Source: Amphiscolops sp. MND2022 (taxonomy: Eukaryota). Taken from it: a DNA stretch of 64,000 nucleotides. Made by a program: the position numbers and the translations under genes. The stretch's first letter is position 1; each line of letters starts with the position of its first letter. Where the stretch lies: NCBI GenBank assembly GCA_964187785.1, contig OZ076409.1, forward strand, positions 43,774,001 to 43,838,000, written 5' to 3'. Below the pieces are notes generated by a model, which saw only the letters and a list, made by a program, of their open reading frames with translations, did no database searches and was not told the DNA's origin. This document shows, in pieces, positions 1 through 10,335 of this stretch.

Positions 1-2643
1 CAGCACCGCAATGCCGATGGCTTGAGCAAACGAACCAATGAATATCGATGCCGAGAACAGCAGCTTGCGCAGCTGCCAGCTAGTGGAGAGCGTTGGAACT
101 TCCTCTCTGCCGAGGAATTCGATAACCTCCCCATAGCCCCATGGTTCGACCTGCAAGGTCGAATCATTCCAAATCACCCTGACCTACCACCGCATCTGCA
201 GAACTTGGAGCCTAAGGCTCCTGACCAGGCACTCCGTGTGCTTCGCCGTGTGCAACGTGCGAACAAACGAAAACGACAGGCGGAGGCGTTAGCCGCGCCT
301 TTACCGCCTCAGCCTCCACCCGTGTTGCAAAAGCACGAAGACTTCTACCCAGACTATCCTGAAGACTGGATAGATGTCACCACTGAGGCCAGCGAGGATT
401 ACCTACTACCAACACATGCAGTAAATGTCCCCTCGCGCACCATCTATTCTGTGACGGAAACGAGTAACGCTATGCTACAGAATTCTCCTGGTGGCGTGCG
501 CGAGTCGATCATGGCTCTCAAGGATATCGACACCGAGCTCCATGAACACACACACACCGTGCATGGGATCAAGGACTTGGTTTTAGCCCAAAACCGCGAT
601 GTCCATGTGCTAGCATTGAAAAAGCTCGTGCAGTGTGAGTCCGTGTTTCCCGACAACGTGCGCGAGTTCGCACGAAATTACTTCCGCCAGAAAAAGGATC
701 TCTTGTTCATAAACAAGAATCATGTCCTTTGCGTTCAATACTCCCCCACCCAACGCCCACTGCACGAACGTCCGTGCATGATTATAATGCCTCAATTGTA
801 CCAGCACGAGATTCTGTTCCGTGCACACGACGCAATGGGACACCAAGGCATCTCAAAGGTGGTAGCTCGAATTCAAGAGCGCCACACTTGGCCCGGCATA
901 AGGCGCAGCGTCGGTCGGTACGTCGGCCAATGCCTCACCTGCCAACAAGTACGTGACAAGCCTGGCGACGTACGATTCCAACTGAAAAACATTCAGAGTG
1001 GCTACTTCAACGAGTTGGTCCAATATGACCACTTAAAAATTTGCCCCTCTGATGACAACAACACCGGCATTTTGGTCATCATTGACCATTTCTCTAAATT
1101 TGCAGAGGCAGTCCCTTGTAGTCATCATGACTATGACGCAGTGACTACCTCACGATTGCTGCTGCAGAAACGGTTTGCCCGCCACGGCACCCCCACTCGC
1201 ATGCAATCCGACAATGCCCCCAACCTTACTGCTGAAGTCTCTAATGAGTTTCTAAAGGCAGCTCACGTCACTAAAGTGACCTCCACTGCCGGACATCCAC
1301 GAACTCAAGGCTTGGTGGAACGACAAAACCGTACCCTCTTAACCTTGTTGCGAGTCTTTTGCTCACGTCGCATGCGCGACTGGGACCAGTGCTTAGATGA
1401 AGTGATCGGTGCCTATAATTCCACCAGGCACGCCACTACAGGCTTCTCGCCCTACATGTTAACAAGGGGTGTTGAGAAAGCAATTCCCCTCACCTTTTTA
1501 TACCCTGAATTTGCAGCCAAGTCCTTCGATACGCATGAAGCATACGTGGATCATGTGTTGGCTCGCCAACAAGAAATTCACGACTTGGTTCGGCGCAACA
1601 CGCACCAAGCCCAATTGCGCCAAAAACTGAAATATGATCGTGCTATCCGCGCACGAGCTTACCAGCCGGGAGAGCTCGTCTGGGTTTTTTGCCGCTACGT
1701 GCCGCAAAAAGGCTCTCCAAAATTGATGCGCGCCTGGCGTGGCCCGCACAAAATAGTGCAAGTTTTTCAAGAAGAACGTGTCTATGTATTGGACACAGGC
1801 CAAAAGGTTCATTTTGAGCGCCTGAAACCTCATAATAGTGGGCCCCTTGAGCTCGCCACCGCGCAAGCGGACAGCGGCGAAATCGTGGTACTCATGGACC
1901 CTGATCCTGAACGTTCTATTGAAGCAGTTGACGACGACAAGTCCCAGCCTTCATATAAAACTGAACAACTACTTTCAGAAGCATCTGACGTATCCTTGCC
2001 TTCGCGCAAGCAACATTGGATGGATACCCGTCTGCGCACAAAGTTACGTGCTGGAGGTTCCCGCATGCACTACCAGCAATTTGACTACTCAACTTCGGGC
2101 ACTGACGACGAGTTGTCCGAAGTCATGCTACCGGTACTTCCTGATCCCGCTGATGCCGATCGCAGGGAGCCCGAACCCCAACTCCCTTCAGACCAGTCAA
2201 TATCACCTACCCATCACCTGCCTCAACTATTCTCCGACCATGAGCGCGCGCGCTCTCCGTCACCACGAATATCCTCTCCCGAAAGACAGCCCTCTTTACT
2301 GGGCACATCGGCCCCACTACTGACAAATCCATCACTGACAAGCTTCCTCGACAACTATCCCATTTGGCCGGCCTCCCCTTCCCTTCCTCTAAAATCTGCC
2401 ACTGAGGACGACGACGCTCAGTCCAATGTCCCTACTCTTCCCACAACATTGCCCGGAGCGGGGACCGCTCCTTCTTTTAAAAGGGGGAGGGGGAGACCAC
2501 CCAAAACGCGAAAAAGGCTGGTCAGAGCGAAGGCAAGAACGAGGAAGAAAGAAACTACAACAACGACAATGGGCCGGGGAGAGAGATTATCTACCCGGGA
2601 ATCCTGTATCCAGCCCCAACAGAACACCTCTCATATGATGTGA
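1..2643 (+). CDS. pol: Gypsy Pol C-terminal part (end of RNase H, integrase, AT-hook tail), 5'-partial
   Basis: Frame is open from base 1 (QHRNADGLSK, RNase H end motif). HHCC finger HDAMGH...CLTC; DDE core QYDHL / QSDNA / LVERQN; GPY/F-like WRGPHK; KRGRGRPPK AT-hook at 2479-2505. Confidence 0.93.
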   Translation, partial: QHRNADGLSKRTNEYRCREQQLAQLPASGERWNFLSAEEFDNLPIAPWFDLQGRIIPNHPDLPPHLQNLEPKAPDQALRVLRRVQRANKRKRQAEALAAPLPPQPPPVLQKHEDFYPDYPEDWIDVTTEASEDYLLPTHAVNVPSRTIYSVTETSNAMLQNSPGGVRESIMALKDIDTELHEHTHTVHGIKDLVLAQNRDVHVLALKKLVQCESVFPDNVREFARNYFRQKKDLLFINKNHVLCVQYSPTQRPLHERPCMIIMPQLYQHEILFRAHDAMGHQGISKVVARIQERHTWPGIRRSVGRYVGQCLTCQQVRDKPGDVRFQLKNIQSGYFNELVQYDHLKICPSDDNNTGILVIIDHFSKFAEAVPCSHHDYDAVTTSRLLLQKRFARHGTPTRMQSDNAPNLTAEVSNEFLKAAHVTKVTSTAGHPRTQGLVERQNRTLLTLLRVFCSRRMRDWDQCLDEVIGAYNSTRHATTGFSPYMLTRGVEKAIPLTFLYPEFAAKSFDTHEAYVDHVLARQQEIHDLVRRNTHQAQLRQKLKYDRAIRARAYQPGELVWVFCRYVPQKGSPKLMRAWRGPHKIVQVFQEERVYVLDTGQKVHFERLKPHNSGPLELATAQADSGEIVVLMDPDPERSIEAVDDDKSQPSYKTEQLLSEASDVSLPSRKQHWMDTRLRTKLRAGGSRMHYQQFDYSTSGTDDELSEVMLPVLPDPADADRREPEPQLPSDQSISPTHHLPQLFSDHERARSPSPRISSPERQPSLLGTSAPLLTNPSLTSFLDNYPIWPASPSLPLKSATEDDDAQSNVPTLPTTLPGAGTAPSFKRGRGRPPKTRKRLVRAKARTRKKETTTTTMGRGERLSTRESCIQPQQNTSHMM

Positions 2644-3086
2644 CTGATTTTCTTCAAGTAGAATGTGACATAGTGTTGGCGTGTCCCGCTGACCTAGAGA
2701 CGAACTCAGCTGCCCTACGGTACGTGCTACGAGAATGCGGCAAGGAGAATGTGTTCTCCTTACGTCCTAAGGTGGGGGAGATTCTCACCATTCCTCCCGA
2801 TGTCAACCCAAACCCCAATCAGAGTATTCACTTGCTAATAATCAGAGCAAACCAGCGTGCGCCGCTGCTCGCAGACGACTACCTACGTTGTATGACGCAC
2901 TTGATACAGCGTTTGATGGAGAAGGGATCCACGAGGGTCCACCTACCTATACTGGATCCAGAGCGACCCGCCCTCTCACTAGTAAACTTATATCATACCC
3001 TAACGAATTTGCTGGAGGGTACTGGTATTCACGTGGTGCTACATAACCGCGTGTATGTGTCCATTCTGAACATAGGGCTGGAGTAG
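2640..3086 (+). CDS. Macrodomain-like protein (TARG1/OARD1/Poa1p-type), probably catalytically degenerate
   Basis: By-eye colinearity with TARG1: LSYDVTDFL (in frame just upstream) / IVLACPAD / KVGEILTI / IHLLIIR / GSTRVHLPIL / LLEGTGIHVVLH. The frame is open upstream and overlaps the pol end. Confidence 0.65.
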   Translation: MTDFLQVECDIVLACPADLETNSAALRYVLRECGKENVFSLRPKVGEILTIPPDVNPNPNQSIHLLIIRANQRAPLLADDYLRCMTHLIQRLMEKGSTRVHLPILDPERPALSLVNLYHTLTNLLEGTGIHVVLHNRVYVSILNIGLE

Positions 3087-3363
3087 CCCACCCAAAACAT
3101 TTTTGTTGCCCCCTTATTCAATTTGCCCACCCGATAATCGTCATGCCTGGGAAGAAGTCTTAAACTATCCCATGAAATAATTATTTTGTAACGTAGCGTT
3201 AGATAACTTCTATCTTTGTGTTCTAATTAGTTAGTTGAACTACAATTTAAACTTGTTGCGGTTCCCCTATGGAACCATCTTTGCTGCTGAGTGATGAGCC
3301 TTAAGCTCTCCCTATAATGCACTTGGCAAGCCTAACGGTAATCCTTTTTAGACCTATGATATT

Positions 3364-6300
3364 ATGGCTTATTACCCCAACAACACGGTACCTATTGCCA
3401 CGACGGGACCTCACGCCAATAGGACCCAAGAATTGCCTGCGCGAGCGCAGAGGACTAACCAAGTCCAATACGTTGAAGAGAGATTGAGGAACGGCCTCTC
3501 ACCGTTAGCGGTAGCGGGCGTGGCCGCCCTACTTACCCAACTAGACTCAATGCAGACGCTGCCTGGTGTATCCGTGTCTCTGGTGACGGAAGTAGCCGGT
3601 TACCGTCGCACCCTAACCTGCCAAAACAATGCGTGGGATGGCCACGATCTGACGCACCAGTTCCTAGATGAACGGTCCACCACAATGCTCGGACCCAGCC
3701 AAGGTACGAGATTCGAGCAAGAAGCCTCACTGTGTATGGTGCCTGCCAGCGTAGCAACAATGCCTCCTCCTCCGATGGTCGCGTTGCCCCCACCGGCGCC
3801 AAATTCAGTACCAATGACGCCAACTTATTCCGGTTCGCCTGCCTTTGGGACCTCATATCGAGCGCCGCATATGGTATTACAAACCACTACTAATGCACCA
3901 GTCTCTGATCGGAAGCCCTCGGGGTCCCGGTTGCCACCCATACCCAACCCAGAGCTAATGGGAAGGAGTACCAGCGAACAGGCCGTAATTGTGGCTTTGC
4001 AAGCAGTGGCGAATTATCCCAACTCAACCGATTTTGTCCGTGCCGTGGAGCAGAGAATCCCTGGATTAGCCACGTATCTGCAAGCTTCTGCTCAGCCCGC
4101 GGGCTGTGACCCTCCTGCCCCCTTAGTTGAAACAGCCTCTATGGATATGGAAATTGTCGCTGGACCGAGTAACAGCGCAAGCGCTGCCTCTGGCATACGA
4201 GAAGAAGCGGGAAGAAAGCGGCTGACTGAGGAGACCGCCTCAGTTACCCCAGCTGGCTCGGTGACCGAGAGCCCGACTAGTCGTCCCCCTCCGGACAAGC
4301 GCGCTGATGTACCTCGCTCCCAGCTGAAGAGTGTGGTTATCCCTAGGCCCCCGTACCGAGTAGGCCATCTAGGCCGAAGCGCTCCTCAAATGTCTTTGGC
4401 AGACGCGATCGAACTATATGGAGATCCGGATGCAGGCTCGGAAGTGAGCTCTGTGCCCTCGGGCACCAATCCAACAGCCATGTCCCTGGAGATACCTGAG
4501 ACGGTGGAAGAAGCCCATCCTCCAGCCTTCCTCCCTCCATCTGACGACGTATCCGGCTCAGTAGTCACCAATGATAGCAAACGCATTTGGATGGCGACTG
4601 AGCATCTCTATCCCAGTCAATGTGCTATCAAGAAAAGGACTCCTCCAACTGAAACGGAGCAAAAGGAGATCAACCGGACCACGATACCGGCGCAAGTCAC
4701 ACGCTCGCTCCGCCCCCGTGACGCAGACATGTCGGAGCAGGCTTGGGAACAGCGTGCTCGAGAGCAGCTGCCTATGACAACCAACGACTACATGGCACCC
4801 TTGCAACACAATATCACTGAGCAGTTTCCCGCACGGTATGTGTTGCGAGAGGGTGAGACGTGGGAGGCGAATGCCCGTTACGCCCGCAACCTGAGATCCT
4901 TGAAACCCTTATTGAAAGCAGCTCTGCAGCGTGCGCGCTACTGCATCGCAGTTGATTCCACTTGCCGAAGTGACCTTCCCATTGATAATTTAATGCCTGA
5001 TGTGCTGGTGCTAACTATGCCCCTGTCTCGCTTCGCCGAGGTCGCTGAGATGGTCGGAGCCATATACGATCCAAACTTAAGAGGATCACAAAAGGAACCA
5101 CCCCCACAGCGAGTGATCTTCGCCAATCTCCTGGATCACATGGCTTGCGAAGGATTGCTGCATGACCTGGCCGCGATAATGTCCAATGTCCGACGACTGG
5201 AAGACATTGCTGCCCTGGTGAACGAGGTGGTTGGTGCAATGGAACGTGCCGCAGGGATCCTTCGGGGTCGTCTGGGAGCGCTCGCGCTCTTTGTATCCCC
5301 ACCGGGATTCATGTATTGGCCACGCAGTCTGCAGCAGTTCGTCTACATTCTGCTGGAGGTGTGCAAGGCGCGCAGAGTGGAATTCGCCATCTGTGCACCG
5401 AACTTGCGCGTGGATCGAGAGGACCTGCGCCCGGATACCATATCATATCCTGCCTTCTTTGCCGCTGTATCTAGAGCGCTGGTGGCTATAGAACGCTCGG
5501 GAAACGCCCAGCTCACCATTGACGATGCCATCCTCTATGACTATGGAATGCGGATGGGCAGACTGGCCTTTGACCTTGACGGCAACCGCACCGCCCGAGA
5601 ATCCAATGTAACTGAGCGAGAGGCTGTTCGCCGGTACAATTGGCTAGTGCGAAAGGATAAAGAAATCCCAGTGCGCGCAGAATTAGCCGATCTGACGAAG
5701 CAAATTGGTGCATGGCCTGCGGCGCGCACCGTCGAAAGAACGATTCCTCAGATCCGCTTCGCCTCGGGAATCGAGCCCGTGAAGCTGCCTGTAGGGCTGC
5801 GATGTATCATAGCAATAGAAGCAACAAATCTGAAAGCAGAAGTCGACGCCGCAGCTACAACTTATGCTCATTGGTACCAGACTAGGTTTACCACTAGAAC
5901 TCTGGCAGAAGTAGCTCGAGAGCTCGGTTGTCCATTGGAAGCCTTCTGTACCAGTCTCGGTCTAGGATGGAACCTAGAGGTGCTAACTTCTGAGTTCTCG
6001 CTGACCTCTACGCAAACGGACAAATTGTTAGAAACAATTGGGGAGGCAATCGTCGGAGAAATACCAGCGCTCGCGCTAGCGATGGGCCCAACCAAGTTCG
6101 TAGCCGGACCACTGGCTTTGTTAGTCGACATGGTAATTGCCTGCGACCTAACCATGTTCTACAGCTACTTGGTCCTGGCACAAGGACAACTACGCAGTCT
6201 GACCCGTTGGGGTCACTTGATGACTTCCAAAGACCAGCAGGACTATTCCGCACAACTGGAGCGCATGCGTGCGTCAATCCAGCACTGGCTATACTCCACC

Positions 6301-7671
6301 CTGGTGTTCGCCTCCGGCCTATTCGTGGGCGTAGACCAATCCCAACCACTCCATAATCCCAACCAGCAGATTTCCCGGGAAACGGCAGGATTCCCCATGC
6401 CGCAGCAGATTGCAGACCTCACCCTGGCAGAAGTAGAAGACTTTGTGGCGGCAATGGCTCCTGTCTTGGCCCCTATCTTTGGCGCAGTGGGCGTGTGCCG
6501 GTACCCAACAAAACCATTGGCAACGGCCGTCCAAGTGCACATGGTCTCCTTCAGCACTTATCTGCGAGGCCGTCCTTCACTGGCGTATCCAAGGGTGATA
6601 CATGCAGTGCTGAGTGGTGAGGTGCCGCATGGGTACACGACCATAAAATCCGAAAGAGAGTTGGAGGAGAACTTGATGGGCTTGCTGCGCGCGCGCACCA
6701 GGAAAGCATGTCCTCTACCCCGGGAGCATGGACCTGTGAACTGGTATTCCGCACCTCTCAGTTTGGAAGGGGTTCCCTTTAGGTTCCCCTGGAGTCAAGT
6801 GTTCGTGAGAAAGGTGATTCGCGCCAGCACTAGTGCTGGTCCACCCGTGGATCCTCTATACTGCTTCAAATGCATCGCCTTCCCAAATCGTTACTGGAAG
6901 GAGCCGTTAGGTTGGCCCAGGGCAAAACCCTTTGGACGCGCCCCAGAAGTGTTCAACCGCCAAATCCAACACTTGGAGTCAGCCCAGATCCCAGGATGGA
7001 TTGAAGGCGCTGCTCAGATTAGGCAGAGAAATCTCCAATCCCGCGTCATTCCATTCCCCAGGAAGTCGGCATGGAAGCCTACGGGAAAGATGACCATGTC
7101 TGGAGATATGTCCATCGTCCAGCATGATGAGATAAATTCCGTGTTGGGCTCAACAGAACGAGCGCGATGGGAAGAATACTGTCTAGAGTTGGAGATTGCA
7201 AGCTTCCCTAAATGGAAGAGAGCTTGCGAGCTCTGGAGCCAATCTGGATGGATCTCACGCCGTGTAGCACTAGCGGTCGAGGGTAGAGCAGAGATGGCGA
7301 GACAACAGGCGTTCGCGCCTACCATGCTCGCACCCACGATGGCGATGTCCTTGGATCGGCCCATCTCTCAACCGATCACCATTAATCTTCCAACCCATGA
7401 CTTGGAGCCAGACCCAGTTGGCCCGTCTTCGTCGCGAACGAGCCCTGAGTCCTCACAGCAGCAATCCGGAGAGCACACTGCCGAATTGACTCCCAATGCA
7501 GCACTAGTGCAGCCTATTGCCGAGTTGTCGCTCCCCGAAAGTCCGTCGGACTGTGAAACAGCTACAACCGGAGTCTCTCCCCGACGTCGAGCGTCAGTGT
7601 CGACCGACAACCCAGAACAGAACTCAGATGATGCCACTAAAGAGCGGACCCGACGCAGTTCAGCTCAATAA
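3364..7671 (+). CDS. 1435-aa accessory ORF3 of Gypsy A; low-complexity P/S/T termini, central SGNH-hydrolase-like segment
   Basis: Uninterrupted 4.3-kb ORF between pol and the 3' LTR. SGNH-like blocks IAVDS, VLTMP, VIFANLLDH, FVSPPG, EDLRP at about 4939-5480. Confidence 0.8.
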   Translation: MAYYPNNTVPIATTGPHANRTQELPARAQRTNQVQYVEERLRNGLSPLAVAGVAALLTQLDSMQTLPGVSVSLVTEVAGYRRTLTCQNNAWDGHDLTHQFLDERSTTMLGPSQGTRFEQEASLCMVPASVATMPPPPMVALPPPAPNSVPMTPTYSGSPAFGTSYRAPHMVLQTTTNAPVSDRKPSGSRLPPIPNPELMGRSTSEQAVIVALQAVANYPNSTDFVRAVEQRIPGLATYLQASAQPAGCDPPAPLVETASMDMEIVAGPSNSASAASGIREEAGRKRLTEETASVTPAGSVTESPTSRPPPDKRADVPRSQLKSVVIPRPPYRVGHLGRSAPQMSLADAIELYGDPDAGSEVSSVPSGTNPTAMSLEIPETVEEAHPPAFLPPSDDVSGSVVTNDSKRIWMATEHLYPSQCAIKKRTPPTETEQKEINRTTIPAQVTRSLRPRDADMSEQAWEQRAREQLPMTTNDYMAPLQHNITEQFPARYVLREGETWEANARYARNLRSLKPLLKAALQRARYCIAVDSTCRSDLPIDNLMPDVLVLTMPLSRFAEVAEMVGAIYDPNLRGSQKEPPPQRVIFANLLDHMACEGLLHDLAAIMSNVRRLEDIAALVNEVVGAMERAAGILRGRLGALALFVSPPGFMYWPRSLQQFVYILLEVCKARRVEFAICAPNLRVDREDLRPDTISYPAFFAAVSRALVAIERSGNAQLTIDDAILYDYGMRMGRLAFDLDGNRTARESNVTEREAVRRYNWLVRKDKEIPVRAELADLTKQIGAWPAARTVERTIPQIRFASGIEPVKLPVGLRCIIAIEATNLKAEVDAAATTYAHWYQTRFTTRTLAEVARELGCPLEAFCTSLGLGWNLEVLTSEFSLTSTQTDKLLETIGEAIVGEIPALALAMGPTKFVAGPLALLVDMVIACDLTMFYSYLVLAQGQLRSLTRWGHLMTSKDQQDYSAQLERMRASIQHWLYSTLVFASGLFVGVDQSQPLHNPNQQISRETAGFPMPQQIADLTLAEVEDFVAAMAPVLAPIFGAVGVCRYPTKPLATAVQVHMVSFSTYLRGRPSLAYPRVIHAVLSGEVPHGYTTIKSERELEENLMGLLRARTRKACPLPREHGPVNWYSAPLSLEGVPFRFPWSQVFVRKVIRASTSAGPPVDPLYCFKCIAFPNRYWKEPLGWPRAKPFGRAPEVFNRQIQHLESAQIPGWIEGAAQIRQRNLQSRVIPFPRKSAWKPTGKMTMSGDMSIVQHDEINSVLGSTERARWEEYCLELEIASFPKWKRACELWSQSGWISRRVALAVEGRAEMARQQAFAPTMLAPTMAMSLDRPISQPITINLPTHDLEPDPVGPSSSRTSPESSQQQSGEHTAELTPNAALVQPIAELSLPESPSDCETATTGVSPRRRASVSTDNPEQNSDDATKERTRRSSAQ

Positions 7672-8410
7672 ACCCAGCCGTTAATGGGAGCGTTCGCGCT
7701 CCCTATACCCTCCTAAACTGCCAACAAACAGTGCCTTAAAACTTCTCATCCAGAACGGTGCTAGAATACAAAGTGCAATTTTTGTTCTTAGTTATGGTTA
7801 TATAGTTAGTGTACCATTAGTGTTGCACTGGGTGTACGGCCAATAGAGTACGCCTGCCCCAGTGGCTTGAGTGACCAAGCAAAAAAAAGAAAACTATTGT
7901 TCAAAAAACAATCATTTTTGTTGTGCACCGTTCGCGGTGTTTTTGAGTTGTCACAATCAAAAGAAGTCTTACCCCTCTTGATTGCGTTTCTATCTAGTCT
8001 AGTGTCCTTCATCAATCTGATTGTTTACCGTAGGAGCCCCCCAAGCTCTAAAAAAAAGTTTTTAATCGCCTGAATGAAATGAAGACTTGTAATCTCAAAT
8101 GGTAAGGAAAAGAAATCTTAACTGACTTCGCTCGCAAAAAAGGTTTTTACACAAGTTGACTGCCCAAACGAGTTTTAAACCGGCTGAAAACTGTAGCTCT
8201 CGAGCTGGTGCTAAAACCTAGTTCATGTTTTGTACGAATAACTAGGCAGTAAGTTCTTTTTTTGTGTGAAAAAACTGCAAAGTCGACAAAAATTGTTGCC
8301 GAAAAACAAGGACTCGTCCTTGTTCTCCGACGTGTGGATGATGATTCCCAGCAGTCACTGTGATGCAGTTCCCAGACGATCCAGACGCCGCTTGCCAGGG
8401 ACGACAAGCC

Positions 8411-8427
8411 AGGAGCCTGGGGAGTGA
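8411..8427 (+). promoter_or_regulatory. Polypurine tract of Gypsy A
   Basis: aggagcctggggagtga lies immediately before the LTR start TGTAACG. Confidence 0.65.
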
Positions 8428-9159
8428 TGTAACGGCAAGCTCTGGTACAGCAACATCAACTTCGACATGTTCAGAAAATTTTGTCAAAAATTCGTTCAAA
8501 TTTGACGTGGCACTCAAACATGCTCAAGACGAAGTACCTGCCAGAAAAAGCACCCCAGAAAAGCAGAAATCGCCGCTCGCGACGAACAAGCACCGGAGAC
8601 GACTAAAAAGACGTCCCCAACGCATACAGAACACGGTATTGTGTCAATCTCTAGGAGATATCCATTACTACAGTAAAGGAAACCAGTGTTCCAGATGTTC
8701 GCCTGAGCATCCTTGCGGTATCCTGTGTGGCAACTAGCGCTAGCGCTGGGAACCTGAGGTCAATCTTCATCAAATGACTCTGAACTCTTGATTTCTTGTT
8801 GTATTTTTCGGTGTGGTAAATTAATATGCTCGAGAGCTGTTGTTTAACATCTGTTTATCCAATTTGGCGATTTTATCAGATTCTCCAATATTACGGTTCA
8901 ACCTTCATCGATTTTCAGCCCAATTTTTAAAGGCTAGTTGAGCAGTGGTCTTGAGTCTTGCAAGATGCCTGTTACTTTTAGCAGTTACAGACTAGGACCA
9001 GGCCAGAGAGCGTCCTACAAGACGGTTCCCCCACCTTGGGACTGGCTCTTTCGGAGGGAAAATGAGCTAGGGCCGCGGAGATCTAAGTCCCAGATTACAT
9101 TCGCTGTTCTAGTTCCTCCACTCTACGTTGCGGTTCAAGCGCCAGCGCTTATCGTTACA
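8428..9159 (+). repeat. 3' LTR of Gypsy A (732 bp)
   Basis: Perfect 7-bp terminal inverted repeat TGTAACG/CGTTACA; homologous along its length to the solo LTR at 15454-16303. Confidence 0.85.
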
Positions 9160-9502
9160 ATATCTAAAATTACGAAATAAGATCTAAAATTGTCAAAGTA
9201 GCCATAAACTTACAACAATGTACAGCAATCTCGTCCACAACAGCGATTTCGCAACATCCACATTCAGCTCGCAAGCTGGGGCACCACAGGCACAGATTTG
9301 TGAATTAGACGAAAAGACTCATTTTTACGGTTTTCACTACTTAAGGTAGCATACTGCTGAAGTCAAGGTTAGCACCTTCAAAAGAGTCTAATTTCAGAGG
9401 GTTTTGCAGTCTCTGGCGTCTGTTCGGGCGGCTGGCTTTATGTTTTTTCTCGATCTTCGCTCTTGTTGTCGAAGTACCTGCCAATTTCGTTGAAGGGGAC
9501 CA

Positions 9503-9617
9503 GGAACAGTATCTAAAGGAATAGTATCTAAAACGATATGATTGGTCAAAACAGCCTCATCCATGTCAGTTTGAGTTATCGGATTGGTTTAGATATTATT
9601 CCCTTAGATACTAATCC
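9503..9617. repeat. 35-bp imperfect inverted repeat (mini fold-back element)
   Basis: 9503-9537 ggaacagtatctaaaggaatagtatctaaaacgat pairs with 9583-9617; TTCGTTGAA direct repeats lie at 9486 and 9626. Confidence 0.7.
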
Positions 9618-9652
9618 TAACACTCTTCGTTGAAACACCGAAAAGAGCAATC

Positions 9653-9712
9653 ACATGCTCAGTGCCACGTCAAACATCGAATTAGAATTTTTCAAAAATT
9701 TTCTGAACATGT
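9653..9712 (-). repeat. Inverted fragment of an A-type LTR
   Basis: The reverse complement acatgttcagaaaatttt...tttgacgtggcact matches about 8466-8522. Confidence 0.6.
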
Positions 9713-9831
9713 TCAAATCCAAAATTCCAATATCGACTAATTTTGCTGTCTCAGAGGGTGCGGTTACATTCCTTGGAGAGGTTTTCAATGCCATAAAAAG
9801 GGCTAAAGAGTCCCCTTCGATAATAACACAA

Positions 9832-9962
9832 ACCATACCGGATTTAGCGCAAACCGGATATAACAAATTCCAGATATAATATATACCGGATATAAAGACA
9901 ACACATACCGGATTCAACGCAAACCGGATATAACGGATTCCGGATATCACGTACACCGGTTA
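9832..9962. repeat. Short degenerate tandem array with ACCGGAT core
   Basis: About 8 (A)CCGGAT(A)-like cores at roughly 16-21 bp spacing. Confidence 0.7.
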
Positions 9963-9979
9963 TAGCGTTTCTTGTTTTA

Positions 9980-10335
9980 AAGACCGGCGTTTTTTCGGAA
10001 CTATTCGAAGTGTCATTATTGGAGCCCCCCTTCAATTTTTACGAGAAACCAGGAATTTTGCGAGCAAAGAATGTTTTTTTTGGGTTTTCGGCACTATGCG
10101 ACAAACTGGATCAATTTTTTTTCTCAATTTTTCATTTTTTGGTTTCATGCTGCACCAGATGGGATTTTTGATGTTTCCAGTTGGGGAAAAATTCTCGAGC
10201 TTTTTGCATGTCCCTTCCGTTTATTGGCACTGCAAAATTGATGAAGTTTCAACAATGGTGTTCTTTGCAGATTTAAAAAACTTTTACTTTTTGAACCTTG
10301 AGTGGGACACCAACTTGGGCCGTTTCCGGCTTGTT
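9980..10335 (+). mobile_element. DINE-1/HINE-like non-autonomous element (diverged copy)
   Basis: Family 3' end caccaacttgggccgtttccggcttgtt; 5' boundary approximate. Confidence 0.5.

Larger units (their letters stand above)
1..9159 (+). mobile_element. Ty3/Gypsy LTR retrotransposon A, 5' part outside the window; pol 3' end, two accessory ORFs, PPT and 3' LTR
   Basis: RNase H end motif and integrase in frame 1; purine-rich tract followed by an LTR with TGTAACG...CGTTACA termini (8428-9159). Confidence 0.88.

Noticed and set aside
444..7637. Many short antisense or alternate-frame ORFs over the long retroelement ORFs
   Set aside because: Shadow ORFs expected in GC-richer coding DNA; no independent support.
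3364..7671. Env glycoprotein
   Set aside because: No evident signal peptide, furin site plus fusion peptide, or C-terminal TM anchor.
8466..9712. TIR pair of a DNA transposon (8466-8522 vs 9653-9712)
   Set aside because: The left arm is internal to the Gypsy A LTR; the right arm is better explained as a separate inverted LTR fragment.
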